Of a stretch of DNA of 64,000 nucleotides, positions 23,409 through 36,707 are shown in pieces (position 1 is the stretch's first letter; the number at the start of each line of letters is the position of its first letter). The stretch comes from the human T2T-CHM13v2.0 reference genome, Homo sapiens. The notes under the pieces were generated by a model that ran no database searches, was not told where the DNA came from, and worked only from the letters and a program-made list of their open reading frames with translations. Both the position numbers and the translations under genes were made by a program. The stretch lies in the NCBI RefSeq assembly GCF_009914755.1, contig NC_060930.1. One strand, 5' to 3'.

Positions 23409-26107
23409 AAAGAATAGTCTTCAAAGCAATTTGGGAAAGAAGTTTGAAATTGACACTCTGCTAATTCACTGTAGATGTGTCTGGGATCCTCCTAACACAT
23501 CATTCTCTCATCACATTTTGAAGGAGCTTAATATACTCAAGCTATCTTCTGCGGTTGCAACCATATACCCCGGCACTGTATTGCTACTGAAGTACATTTC
23601 TCCTGTCATTTCTATTAGTCACTACATTTTGTGTGCTTTAGTTTTTTTTTTTTTAATATGTGTTGTTTAATTTGGTATGTAAGAGACTTTCATGAAAGTA
23701 TACCAAGGACATAAACTTAATTTCATAATTATATTCTAAATTTCATGGTAAAAGAGGCCCTTAGGTACATGTGAGAATAAACAAATAATTGCTTCAAGGT
23801 TCATGTCTCTTCTCAAATAATTATATATTGAGCAACCTTGGATTCAGTTTCACAGTGTTGCACGTTTGGACACTAACATTTTTGGTTATTAAACAATATC
23901 TTAAATGCTAAAATCGTTGGTTTAGAAATAATTGTGAAAGTGCATTATTGAAAACCAGAGATTAGTTTTAATCATCAGTTGTCCACAAAAGTCAGAAAAA
24001 CAATTTTTTAAAATAATGAGTTATTATGTAAAAAGGTCAAGTCAATTATAACTTTTTAAATATCATCCACTCTCAAGTTCAGTGTAGACTTGAATCCTAG
24101 TGAAGGGTATCGAAGAGCCAAACGTCTCAAAGATTAAAACATTTTTCCAAAATATAACATACGGGAGGTTAAAAAAAGAAACAAAAAACAAGCTCTACTT
24201 TCATTGTAACCTCTCCTTAATGTTAAAGGAAAAGGTAATATTTGACCAAGGAAGTTCAAGGGGCAAACTCATGTTAAAATGACTGGCTGATAGAAGTTAA
24301 CATCACCCCCTTTAATGTCTAAGTGGCTCTTTAACACTCAGAGATTTAAGTGCTGGATTTAGAAAAGAAAAAAAAAAGGAAAGAACTTTAAAAGGTGTTA
24401 ACTCCATCTTGTGCCATAGAAGAGGAGTTGTTTAATTAAGCCACTGGTAGTTCTTGGGTGATTTTCAGTTTAGTTTTATACTTTTGAGATGAAAGGGTAC
24501 ATGCAAAATTATGTACAAAGTACCTTTTCGAAACTTTGGAAAGGTCAAGGAGAAAATAGCTGGATATCAAAAGCTGAACTTTTCAAGGTTTTTCTCTGAT
24601 TTTTCTCAAACAAGATAGCCTCCTCCTCCTCCTCTTAATAGTTCTTCAAGGTCTTTTTGGTAGCCAAAATCTTTGTTCTTTTTTTTTAAGCAGCTTTGTA
24701 ACAGAAGAACTAAAAATTAATTATGGCTATGGAACTTTTACACAGAAGAGTTTAAAAAGCACAGACGTAAAGAAGGGAAAAAGATGAGGGCCCATTTATC
24801 TTATATTGACAGGACTAGCTTCAAACGATGACCTTGAATCATAATCATCCTAATGAGCTCAAAATATTTCACTTTAACAAGTGAAACTATAATCAAATCA
24901 GTTTCTGAAAGCTCTACTAATGAGCATTTCCTTTGATGAAAACATGGTTAACTGTCTTAGTCTGCAGGAGGTGCACTACAGTAAGGGGCCAGCTCCTGAC
25001 AACTCATTAGTTGACCTGGGGAGAGAGTAATTTGAATGCTTTTGATAAAAATTTCAAGGCTTTTTTTAACTTAAATTACAATTTATGCACTTTTATAAAT
25101 AGTATAATTTTTCTAAGTTGGGGGAAACTAGAGAGAAGACTTCAAAGCTGTGGAACAAAGTTTGTTTACCACATTTGGTCTGTTATATCACCAGAATCAG
25201 GAAGGGGAAATATGTTTAATTAGCAACTGCTAACTCAGAGCCAATCCCTATATCGTATTTTTACAAGCTTTATTTTTATGCGTTGGTATGATGTTAAATG
25301 AACTTGGTGGAGCTACATTTTATAAGATTTAGAATTGAAAATTGGAAGTCATGATTATTTACTATGAGTCTGAAGGAAGTCTTTTTAAAATACTTTCTCC
25401 ATCAAAACAAATCACTCAATTTACTTAAAGCAGCAAAACAGACGTAAATGAAAACCAAATGCAGAAATGTGGCTTACTCTTTTTTCATTACTCCTCAAAA
25501 ATCTGCCCCCCCAATAAATTTATCATTTTAACTACTGTTCTGCTCTATTCAGCATCAAGAAATGATCTCTCTCTCTCCTCTTTCTCTACAGAGCAGGCTT
25601 GCTGTCAAAGCAGAATGTAAAACAGAAGAATAGTTCAGCTGTTTTAAGTATCACTGGAAGACAGATCTTCGTTGCTTCAGAGAGCCCATTCATTGTCCCC
25701 TCCCTCCTCCAAGTTTCCTTTTGCTTTTCAGGGGTGTTCTACTTACTTTATATTTGTCATATTTTCTTCCTGTGTTCTGCAAGGCAAACCACAGAGATGG
25801 TTTGTGTCATAGGCACGTGAGACACTGTTCTCAACTTGTCAAGTGTTTAATCTCTTTCTCTTTCTAGCTCTCTCTTGCTCTCTATCTCCCTTTTGCCTCA
25901 GATTGAGATAGAAAAATATTTCCAATATTTTGGCATGCAAGTTATTGGACAGAGACAGGACATTGACAAAAAGAGGTTTTTATTTTAACTTCTCAAAATT
26001 ATCCCTCCCTTTCTCTAAGTAGCTTTAAAAAGACATGCGACAGCATGTAAAAGAAAACAAAGTATTCATTTTGATCTCGTGTATACATATGGCATATGTG
26101 ATATGTA

Positions 26108-27209
26108 TGGTAGATTCTTGTTATTTGCAGCAGTTCTGTTCTATAAAGTCACAATGCACTCTGAATTAACAAACATTGAATACTGCATCATTGCTCCTGT
26201 GGGAAATACAGGGTTAAGTTCCTGCTTACCTCTGGTCAAAACATTTTTGTCAACTGATTAATACATAACCTTGTTTTATGTGTTTCTGTTTAAATACATT
26301 GTACTCAATATATATTATTAATATATTAACATTGAACTCATAGCCATGTTAAAAAATATTATTCTGAAACTTGTTAAAATGGTAAGGAAGACTTTATTCA
26401 AGATATCGCAGAAGGGGCATTGCAGTAGGGAAGAGAGAGCAGGCTCAATACCAAATATTGCAAGGGCAAGTAGTGTTTTATTGGCAAGGAGGAGGGGAAG
26501 AGGGTCAGTGAATGAAAAATTGCTAAGAGGAAACTAAGAGAACAGGAGGATTTTTGCTAAATTGGCCTAACAAGGTTCTAGTTAAAGACAGGCCAAGGAC
26601 TTATTCATTACAGGTGGGAGACGGGAACCTGATCAGATAGATATCAAGGGTGGAGAAATTCTCCCTAAACTAACTTAGCAGAATTATTTGCTAAGACTGG
26701 CCTGGGCAGGCCAAAGATGAGATGGGGCCAACGTTGAGGTCTAATCAGAATGAAGGCTCATATTTGCCTGACTAAAGTTTGGTCATAGAGAATCTTTGTC
26801 AAGCCAACGGCACTATAACTTATGCCTAAAGAAAACATACCTAATACTTGTATTTTTTTCCATAAAGCAATTCACAGCCTTCTTGCACTTAGGAAAAATG
26901 GAGAGCTCTTCAGCACTGTAATTGAGTGACATTTTAAACAACAAAATCACTAACAAAAACACAAAAATGTGAAAAATGCTGCACTAAATAGACTGACCAT
27001 GAAAAGGACACTTGTTTACAGTATGAAAGCTGGGACAAGAAGGCTGAGGGTCCTACCTCCACTTGGAAAGTGTGCTTCAGGTGACTCAAGTACTTTACCG
27101 CTCTGCACAAAATGTGCACACATGAACACAAAAACACATAGGTATAGATTCGGGGGTTACAGATACATTTTAGCTAGTAGAGGGAATCTCAAATAATGAG
27201 GATTGACTG
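26108..27209 (-). mobile_element. MER82 (TcMar-Tigger) interrupted by MER31
   Basis: TIR-like ends '(tgg)tagattcttgttatt' and 'aataatgaggattgactg', TA flanks, and MER82 body ('gaaatacagggttaagttcctg...'). Confidence 0.85.
26347..26801 (-). mobile_element. MER31(A)-type ERV1 solo LTR
   Basis: tgttaaa...gagaatctttgtca. AGCCA duplicated at 26342-26346 and 26802-26806. Confidence 0.85.
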
Positions 27210-27675
27210 TATACACAAACATGCACACACACATATATCTGTATCTACATCCAAATCTATATTAATATCTATTTCTGTATCTGTACATATATCTGTATAT
27301 AATCCACATTTGTATCTATTTGAAGTATGTTAGTCTTTTTGATTAAACAATATCAATGTTTAAGAAAAAAAGGTAAGGTTTAGAGTCTGACATTTTTATT
27401 TGGGGCTGGGGAGAACCACTTCTGGAAATACTAGAAAATTCAACCCAATATAAATTAAGCAACACAGTTGCAATGTTAGCCTGATAATTCCATAATCGAT
27501 TTAAGAATATCCTAAATCAGTTTATATTCGACAAACATCTAACTTTCTAGATTAGAATAATGTATTACTGTTTTTCCTAATAAGTTCCTACAACTATATT
27601 CAATACTATCAACTCAGCAAAGTATAAATTAGTGAATGCCTTAAAGTTAAGACTGATATTTATGGATTCTATCCA

Positions 27676-27961
27676 AAGCAGGCATGGTGGCTCATGCCTG
27701 TATTCCTAGAGTTTTCGGAGGCCAAGGTGAGAGAATCACTTGAGGCCCAGGGTTCAAGACCAGCCTGGGCAACATAGCGAGATCACATCTCTAGCAAAAA
27801 TTAACTTGGTGTGGTGGTGTGCACCTATAGTTCTGGCTGTCTACACAGGAGGCTGAGGCAGGAAGATCACTGGGGCCCAGGAGTTTAAATTTATAGTGAG
27901 CTATAATCACACCACTGCATTCCAGCCTCTGCAACACAGCAGCACAGTGAGACCCTGTCTA

Positions 27962-28000
<39 letters not shown>

Positions 28001-28002
28001 AT
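27676..28002 (+). mobile_element. AluJ (Jo/Jr-like) with (AAAT)n tail
   Basis: Dimeric Alu with J diagnostics ('ggcaacatagcgaga', 'gcccaggagttt'). (TAAA)10 tail at 27962-28001. Confidence 0.9.
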
Positions 28003-29809
28003 ATTATATCTAATGTGAATGCTGTCACTAAATGCAATAGTGTGAGATTCTAATATCAAACAGTGCTTCAGAACTAGGAAGAGGTTCCTCTTCCACTTGC
28101 ATCCTGCGCCATCTCTGTGTTGATCTATCCCATTATTTCCTCAGTCAACCTTCTTTCAGTAACTTCTTCTGTAACTTCAATAACTTCTTTCTTTCTTCAG
28201 TCATAGACAGAGGGTTTGCTTTCTCAGTCTGTTAACCTGAAGGTAGAAAACAGAGGTGGCCTTTTTTGGAAAATAAGAAAGGTCAGGCAGAAGTCACCTC
28301 CTTCTAATAGTCCCACAGTAGTGCCTCTGGAGCAATAGGGGCAGCTGGCCAGACACCCACATCCTGGATGTGCCCCTTTCTGGTCTATAAACAAGATTTT
28401 ACCATAAGTCTCCAGAGTGTAGAAGCTGTTTCCATTTAATCCAGTAAAACTTGTACCCTAAGCTTCTGCTTCATTACACACAATCAGAACAATTTTGCCA
28501 ATTCACGTATTATCCTAATTTATTCAAATTCTCAGCTGTATTTATCAACCACGCTAGAGAGCTTTTCTCCCTCATGAAGACTCTAAGCAGTTTATGAAAT
28601 CATAGAAACTCTACAATTTCCACATCTCCCTCTTTTTTTGGAAGGATGTGCCCTAATGTGAGCAACTTACATTTTCCCTCCCAAGGGGAATGCTATCTAA
28701 ACAGAATTATTAGAGATGAATGGAAATAGTTTGGGTACAAGGAAGTCCACAAGGAAGAGGGAAATTAGACAAGGCTCTTGTAGAGACTATGGCCACCTCC
28801 TTTGTGTGTGTGACCAGACGGGAAAGGAAATTCAACTCTATGGGTGTACAGAATAAGAGACCCAAGATCTTGAGCACACAGTCTTTTTTGTTCTCTGTGT
28901 AATTGGTAAAGCACTGGGAAGAAAGGTTTGAAGATTGTGAGATGTATTACATCTTTTGGAATACATAATAATTCTGCTAGTAGTTCATGCAAATCTAACA
29001 GAAATAATTGTTGCCCGCTCTAAACATTTTTCATGGCTTTTTCTCACCTTTTTTTTAATTTATAAAAGGGAACCCCTCTGTTGTTATTAAAATTTTTACA
29101 GGGGCTTTGAATAAAATAGTTGATACACTTACTAACGTACCTATAAATAAATATGCCTTCTCTTATATGGCAAAAATTTCATATATCAGGAGAAAATATA
29201 TAAATTCTTATACTGAATTATATTTTATAACCATTTTAAATTTCATAATAAAAGTCACTATGTAGAAAAAATAATACGCTTTAGAAAAATTCACTTTTAT
29301 GATAAACTTTGTAGGAGTTCTATAAATAGTCGATCTATTGAAATATGTTTGTATTTGGATATTTTCAGCATAAATTATTTACCAGCATTCCTTTATCTTT
29401 CAGGTATTTGTTTTACACACTTTTAATAACCATCATGACATTACAGAGTTTTCTTCTCCTCATTTTATTGTGTATATAAATTTACTTGAGTTATTTATCA
29501 GGTTCCAAAATTGCCTGGGAGATGTCTTGGTTATGTAAATTCTAGGACAACATATACAGGCATTGCTTCTGTCACATTTCCTGCTAAGTGCCCCATTCTT
29601 TTCATTCCAAGTAGTGGCAGTCCAAGAATCTTGCCTGCTAAAAAATTATGTCATTTTATAAAATAGTATTAGCTGATCAGGAGCCAAAGATATAGAACTT
29701 TAGCTTAAGGAGACTCAATTTCTGTACACAAACCACTTTAATTCCTATGCTATGGTTTTCTATATTATTTTTTATTATAAATTAAATAACATGCTTTCTA
29801 TATTATACT

Positions 29810-30290
29810 TTGCTTTTTATTCTTAAATCAAATATTATTATGTTTTTGAGTTAAAGTTACATACACTCATTATAAAACCTCTAGACAATATAGAAAATAT
29901 AAAGAAAAAACTGAAAATGACCCATATAATAGTCACTTGTATTAATATTTTTAATAACCATTATTTGAAATAAAAACCCTTCTATTTCTAACAATACTGT
30001 GATAAATATTCTTACACATCTATCCTTGAATGGCTATATAAAGTGGTTTTTGTAACATAAATTCTTCTTCTTGTTCCAGGGATATACATATTTTGAATAT
30101 TGATAATTTTTTCTAGATGCCTTTTCAAAATGGTTGTATCGATTTATAGTTGTATTAACTTGTACAAAGTTCTAGCTTCCCTATAACCTACCAGAACTTA
30201 GTGTCATGAGATGTTTTGAAAATTTCCAAGCTGATAACTGAAGAATGTTGCTTTCTTGCATTTCAAATTTTTATTTAATTATTGTTAGTG
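29810..30290 (-). mobile_element. Ancient L1ME/L1MC 3' fragments
   Basis: 'ttacatacactcattataaaa...acaatatagaaaatataaagaa' and 'ttttcaaaatggttgtatcgattta'. Confidence 0.55.
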
Positions 30291-31057
30291 AAGGTAGAAA
30301 GTAGTTTTGCACTATCTGAAAAGTGAGGCAAGATTACTTTGGGACTAGATCCATAACAGGAGCTCAAGAAAAGAGAAAATGAGCAATTGGTAATGTCCAA
30401 ATTTTAGCTCTGAATAAACACAGCAAAAATATGTTTGGTTGTATTCTTTATATTTCTCTATGAAAAATTTAACACTCTCTATCCAAACTCCCAACCCTAC
30501 ACCCAGAATTCAATTTCAGTATTTGCCAGACTTCTCTATGTAATGTTTATAGCCTGATATTTGACAGACAATTCCTTTTGTCCTAAACTCAGTGAAAGGA
30601 GAGATTAAATTCTCACTGTACTCTACATGTTTACATTTCATGTACTTTTTAATGATAGTACATTATTATCATACTAATAGTTCAACTACTAATACATAAG
30701 CTGACAAATAGTGAGAATTCAACTTTAATAAAACTTGCTTTTTTAAAAAAGTCACAAAGTAATGTTAATTATTGAGGTCCTTGATGTATCTTTTTATTAG
30801 CATATAAGTATAAAGGAAAATAGATTGCTCCCATTGGCACCATTCTATTCCTTAGCAGTTTAATGGAATTTTTGCAGTTTACTCATTCTTTGGCCACAAC
30901 CCACCAGAAATGTCAGGTACATAACTTAGCTGTCAGGCAGCACACAAAGACTGACATTTACAGTGTGCCTTGATGTTCTAAAGACCAACAAGTATTAACT
31001 GAAAGGTACATAAAAAAACTGCTCAAAAAAATGGAAATTTACATACTTAAGCTAAAA

Positions 31058-31078
31058 CACACACACACACACACACAC
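31058..31078. repeat. (CA)n microsatellite
   Basis: cacacacacacacacacacac. Confidence 0.9.
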
Positions 31079-31135
31079 CATTAATGAAAAATTACTAGCA
31101 TACATTTTAAACAAACAATAAAAATAAACTGTGAC

Positions 31136-33855
31136 AATGGTAGTAATATCTCCTTTGTCATTTTTGATTATGTTTATTTGGGTCTTCTCTTTTGTTCTTT
31201 ATTAGTCCAGCTAGTGGTCTATCAATCTTATTTATTCTTTCAAAGAACAGACTTTTGGTTTCATTGATTTTTAATTGTATGGTTTTTGGTATCTCAATTT
31301 TATTCAGTTCAACGCTAGTTTTAGTTGTTTCTTTTCTTTTGCTAAATTTGGAGTTCGTTTACTCTTGTTTTTATGAACACCTATATGCACACAAACTAGA
31401 AAACATAGAAGAAATGGGTTTTCTGCTGGAAATAGACTATGTCCTAAGATTGAACCAGGAAGAAAGAGAAACCCTGAAGAGACCAATAACAAGTTCCAAT
31501 ATCAAATCAGTAGTTAAAAACCTATCACCAAAAAAAGCTCAGACAGATTCACAGCCAAATTCTACAAACAAATAAAGAAGAGCTGGTACTAATCCTACTG
31601 AAAATATTTCAATAAATCAAGGAGGAGGGACTCCTGCCTAGCTCATTCTATGAGAACAGCATCATTCTGATATCAAAATCTAGCAGAGACACTATATAAA
31701 AGAAAATTTTAGGCCAATATTCCTGATGAATACACATGCGAAAATTCTTCAACAAAATACTAGCAAACCAAATCCAGCAGCACATGAAAAGGCGAATTCA
31801 CCATGATAAAGCAGTTTTTATTCCTGGGGTGTAAGGTTGGTTTAACATACACAAATCAATAAATGTGATTTCTCATATAAGCAGAACTAAAAACAAAAAC
31901 CACATGATTATCTCAATAGTTGTGGAAAAGGCTTTCAATAAAATTCAACACCCCTTCATGTTAAAAACTTTCAACAAACCAGGTATTGAAGTGATATACA
32001 CCTCCAAATAATAAGAGACACTAATGATAAACCCACAGCCAACATCATCTAGATTGGGCAAAAGCCTGAAGCATTCCCCTAGAAAACTAAAACAACATAA
32101 AGATGCCCATTCTCACCACTCCCATTCAGCATAGTTCTGGAAGTCCTAGCTACAGCAATCAGGGAGGAGAAAGAAGTAAAACGCATTCAAATAGAAGATT
32201 GAACGTCAAACTATCTCTCTTCACAGATGATATGATTTTATACCTAGGAAACCCCATAGTCTCCCCAAAGTCTCCTAATAAACATCTTCAGCCAAATTTC
32301 AGCATACTAATCAATGTATAAAAATTAGTAACATTTCTATACACCAATAATGTTCAAGCTGAGAGCAAATCAAGAGTGCAATCCTATTCACAATAACCAC
32401 AAAAAGAATAAAATACCTGGGAATACAGCTAATTATGGAGGTGAAAAATCTCTACAATTAGAATTATAAAACTGCTGAAAGAAATAAGAGGCAACATAAA
32501 GAAATTGGAAAACATTCCATGCTCATGGATAGAAACAAATCAATATATTTTAAATGGCCATACTGCCCAAAGCAATTTACAGATTCAATGCAATTTCTAT
32601 CAAATTACCAATAACATTTTTTTCACAGAATTAGAAAAAATAATTCTAAAACTCATATAGAACCAAAAAATGCCTGAATACCCAAGGCAATCCTAAGCAA
32701 AAAGAACAAAGCTGGAGACATCATGTTACCAAAATAAAGCCACACACCTACAGTCATCTTATCTTCAACAAAGTTGACAAAAATAAGCAATGGGGAAAGG
32801 ACTCCCTATTCAATAAACGGTACTGAGAAAACTGGCTAGTCATGTGCAGAAGAACGAAACTGGACACCTATTTTTAACCATGTACAAAAATTAACTCAAG
32901 AGTGATTAAAGATTTACCTGTAAGACCTCAAACTATAAGAATGCTTGAAGGTTGTGAGCTTTTTTTGGTGGTAGGCTTTTAATTACTGATTTAATTTTGG
33001 AACTTGTTATTGGTCTCTTCAGGGTTTCTTTCCTTCCTGGTTCAATCTTAGGACGTAGTATCTTTCCAGAAGAAAACCCATTTCTTCTGTGTTTTCTAGT
33101 TTGTGTGTATATAGGTGTTCATAAAAACAAGAGTAAACTAACTCCAAATCTAGCAAAAGAAAAGAAACACCAAAACTAGCATTGAACTGAATAAAATTGA
33201 GATACAAAAACCACACAATAAAATAGGAAACACCATTTGGAACACTGGCCTTGGGATATAATTTATGACTAAGTCCTCAAAAGCAATTGCAACAAAAGCA
33301 AAAATTGACAAGTGGGAACTTAATAAACTAAAGAACTTCTGCACAGCAAAGGAAACTATCAACAGAGTAAACAGACAACTTACAGAATGGGAGAAAATTT
33401 TTGTCAACTATGTATCCAATAAAGGTCTAATATCCAGAATCTGTAAGGAACTTAAACAAATTAACAAGCAAAAACAAACAACCTCACTGAAAAATGGGCA
33501 ATGGACACATGCCCACGTGTCTTCTCAAAAAAGACATAAACGTGTCCAACAAGCTTATGAAAAAAATGCTCCATATCACTAATCGTTAGAGAAATGAAAT
33601 CAAAACCACAATGAGACCATCTCACATCAGTCAGAATGGCTAATATTAAAAAGTCAAAAAAATAACAGATGCCAGTGAGGTTACAGAGAAAAGGGAACAC
33701 TTATACACTGCTAGTGGAAATGTAAATTAGCTCACTACCTTAGTGATGAAATAATTTGTACATCAAACCCCAGCGACGTGCAATTTACCCGTGTAACAAA
33801 CCTGCCCGTATACTCTCTGAACCTAAAATAAAAGCTGGAAAGAAAAAAAAAAAAA
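31136..33855 (+). mobile_element. Rearranged L1PA15-16/L1PB-class LINE-1: 5' inversion (31136-31371), inverted internal duplication (32955-33223), two internal deletions
   Basis: ORF2 frames ([40 protein letters not shown]). 3' end 'ctgaacctaaaataaaagctggaaag' followed by an A tail at 33843-33855. Confidence 0.9.
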
Positions 33856-33948
33856 CTCACATGCTTTTGGTTTTTATTTGATACCTGGTCGAAGCCATGA
33901 TTTTAGATTAAATCCCAAAATAATGTTTAATGAACATGGTAGTCGTAA

Positions 33949-34313
<365 letters not shown>

Positions 34314-34639
34314 AATGAAGCTCTTCTTTGTATCTAGAATAATTTTCAAGGAATTTTGTTGTTTCCTTTTAACAGATTTATTTAAAATCGAAATTATTTT
34401 TATGAGATGTAATGTTTCCTTTTTAAATATATTTTGATACCCAAAAAAGTGTGGGTATTATTGACAAATGAGAAAGAACTTTGAACTTTCTTAATCAGTT
34501 GGCTTCCTTAATTGAATATTACTTTTGTCTTTTCTTCTCATTTTGCTGGTAATCAAAATCAATACAAAGTAGATAGTGGGGACCACTAGTACAATAACTG
34601 CATATGAATTAAAAGTCAAATATTAGAAGAGAAAAATTA

Positions 34640-35420
34640 TGTATCACTTAGAAAAATTTTAGAATTCTTAATGAAAAAAATTCATTGAATGTTTTGGAAC
34701 ACAGGACAACCCATTAAAAAATAAACAAAGAACATGAACAGGAATTCATGAAAGAACAAACACAAATACTAAATAAACAAAATTAAGTTTAAATTCGCCA
34801 TTTATAGAACTCAAAACAGAAAATTTTATTTTACCCATCAGATTGGAAGTCACTGAAAGTAATGATAAAATTCAGTGTTGGTCAGGTAGAGGTGTTGGAA
34901 TTATTTATACATCATTGGGAGAAGTATCAATTTATAATCTTTCTTGATATTAATTTTATAAAATATATCATCAAAATTATTAAAGCATTTATACCTAGAA
35001 GCTTCACTTCTAGCAATTAGGCCTAAGTAAATGAATGATAGACATACAAGAATGGTTATTATAGTCAAGCTTATAATAACTGATGTAAAATAAAAACACT
35101 TAAATGTATATTAATATGGTTCTAGGTAGTGGAAAAATCCTAAACAATTTACAAGTAAGACTGATTTCATTTCACTGATATGAAAAGGTATGTTCAAAAT
35201 GCAGGCACCAGAAAACCATATACAGTATCCCTTTAGTGTTAAAAACGACTTGCACACTTACATATGTGTATACATTTGTTTGTCCATGTGTCTTTGCCAT
35301 CTCATATATTTACAGATAATTTCTAGGAAAATACATAAAAGATGTTAACAGTGCTTATGTCAGCAATCTCGTGATTGATGGAACAGGGATTGTAAGGGGG
35401 AAGATAACTTTTACTTTTTG
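34640..35420 (+). mobile_element. Ancient L1ME 3' region
   Basis: 'acaacccattaaaaaataaacaaagaacatgaacagg', 'ttttacccatcagattgg' and 'ttcacttctagcaattaggcctaag'. Confidence 0.7.
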
Positions 35421-35714
35421 TCAATGCTCTCCAAATTGTCTGGCAGCCTTAAGCACTATTATGTTCTTCATACAAACTACTATTTAAAATAAACTATATT
35501 ATTACAAAAAGTAGAAATGGCCACTTACTCTGCATTAGCCCATGTACCTTTTTGAATAGTCTTTTTCTACTTTTTCTCAGCCCATAACTTAAAATATACC
35601 TAATACTTTAACTTCTAACCTATTGGATCTACTTCTCTAGAGTTACACTAACTTATCATCTCTCTTCAAGAAAGAGAAAGCATTTTAAAACGTGGACTTT
35701 TATAAGATCTTATT

Positions 35715-36420
35715 ATTTTCTTCTCCAGGTTAGATGTGCCCAATTTCTTAAACACCGTGGTTTCCAATCTTTTCAACATTCCAGTCACCCTCTAGGTGTA
35801 ATCCACCTTTTCAGCAACTCTTAAAATGTAGCCTACAGAAATGAATATAATATTCAAGACACGGTCTGAGCAGTTCAGATTATAGTGAAACTATTACCAT
35901 CCTTGAACTTGACTCTCTGCCTCTGTTAATGCAGTTTAAGAATGCATTAACTTTTTTAAGCATCTGTTAACACCATATTGACTCACATTGAGCAGGGAGT
36001 CAAATAAAACCACAGGAATTTTGCCATAAATTTTCCTATCCTGTAAATGTGCAATAAACAAGAATTTACAATAGCCCAGTAAAATTTCATTTTATTAGTT
36101 TCAGCCCATAGTTCCAATCTACAAAGATTTTTTTTTTTAGGCATGCAGCTATCATCTAAACTAATAGCCACCGTTTCCGGCTTTGCATTACCTGCAAAAG
36201 TGCTAAGCATTTCTTCTTTCACCATTCTAACCATGGATCGATCTGCTGAACAAAAGAAAGCCAAGTAGGGGGTCCAAATTTTAGAGATCTTCATAGAGTT
36301 TACGTCAATCTATTACTAAATACTCTTCAGACATCTGTTCAATTAGTTATGGACAGGACAGGCTACTCATTTTTTCATATTGTCTTTAAGAATATTAAGA
36401 GAATCTTCATGGAATGTCCT
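35715..36420 (-). mobile_element. CR1/L3 LINE fragment (RT C-terminal region)
   Basis: Minus frame 35983-36294 has STFAGNAK...NLCRLELWAETNKMKF, resembling CR1 'KFADDTKL...DLDRLE.WA..N.MKFN'. Confidence 0.75.
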
Positions 36421-36707
36421 ATATAAATATAGATACACATTCCTGTGGCTTTTTTTAGCAACCATTTTTCAACTGACATATAGGATATACTGTTAAGTAC
36501 AAACACAAAAATGGAATGTATTACCATTTGGAATGTCTTCTAGAGGTATAAATCCTAACTCTGTGAGCCCAAACTTTTCAGCTCCTATTTGTTAACACAG
36601 CTACAATGAGAATTTTATTATCTTCTCAATTCTATTTATATAAGTCAACTTTAGTTGTATATTTCTCCCTCTTGAAGTTCATGAGAAACAATCATTAATG
36701 TGGTAGG

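Noticed and set aside
21481-26801. Two MER31 LTRs as the ends of one provirus
   Set aside because: They are in opposite orientation, the second has its own TSD, and no internal ERV sequence lies between them.
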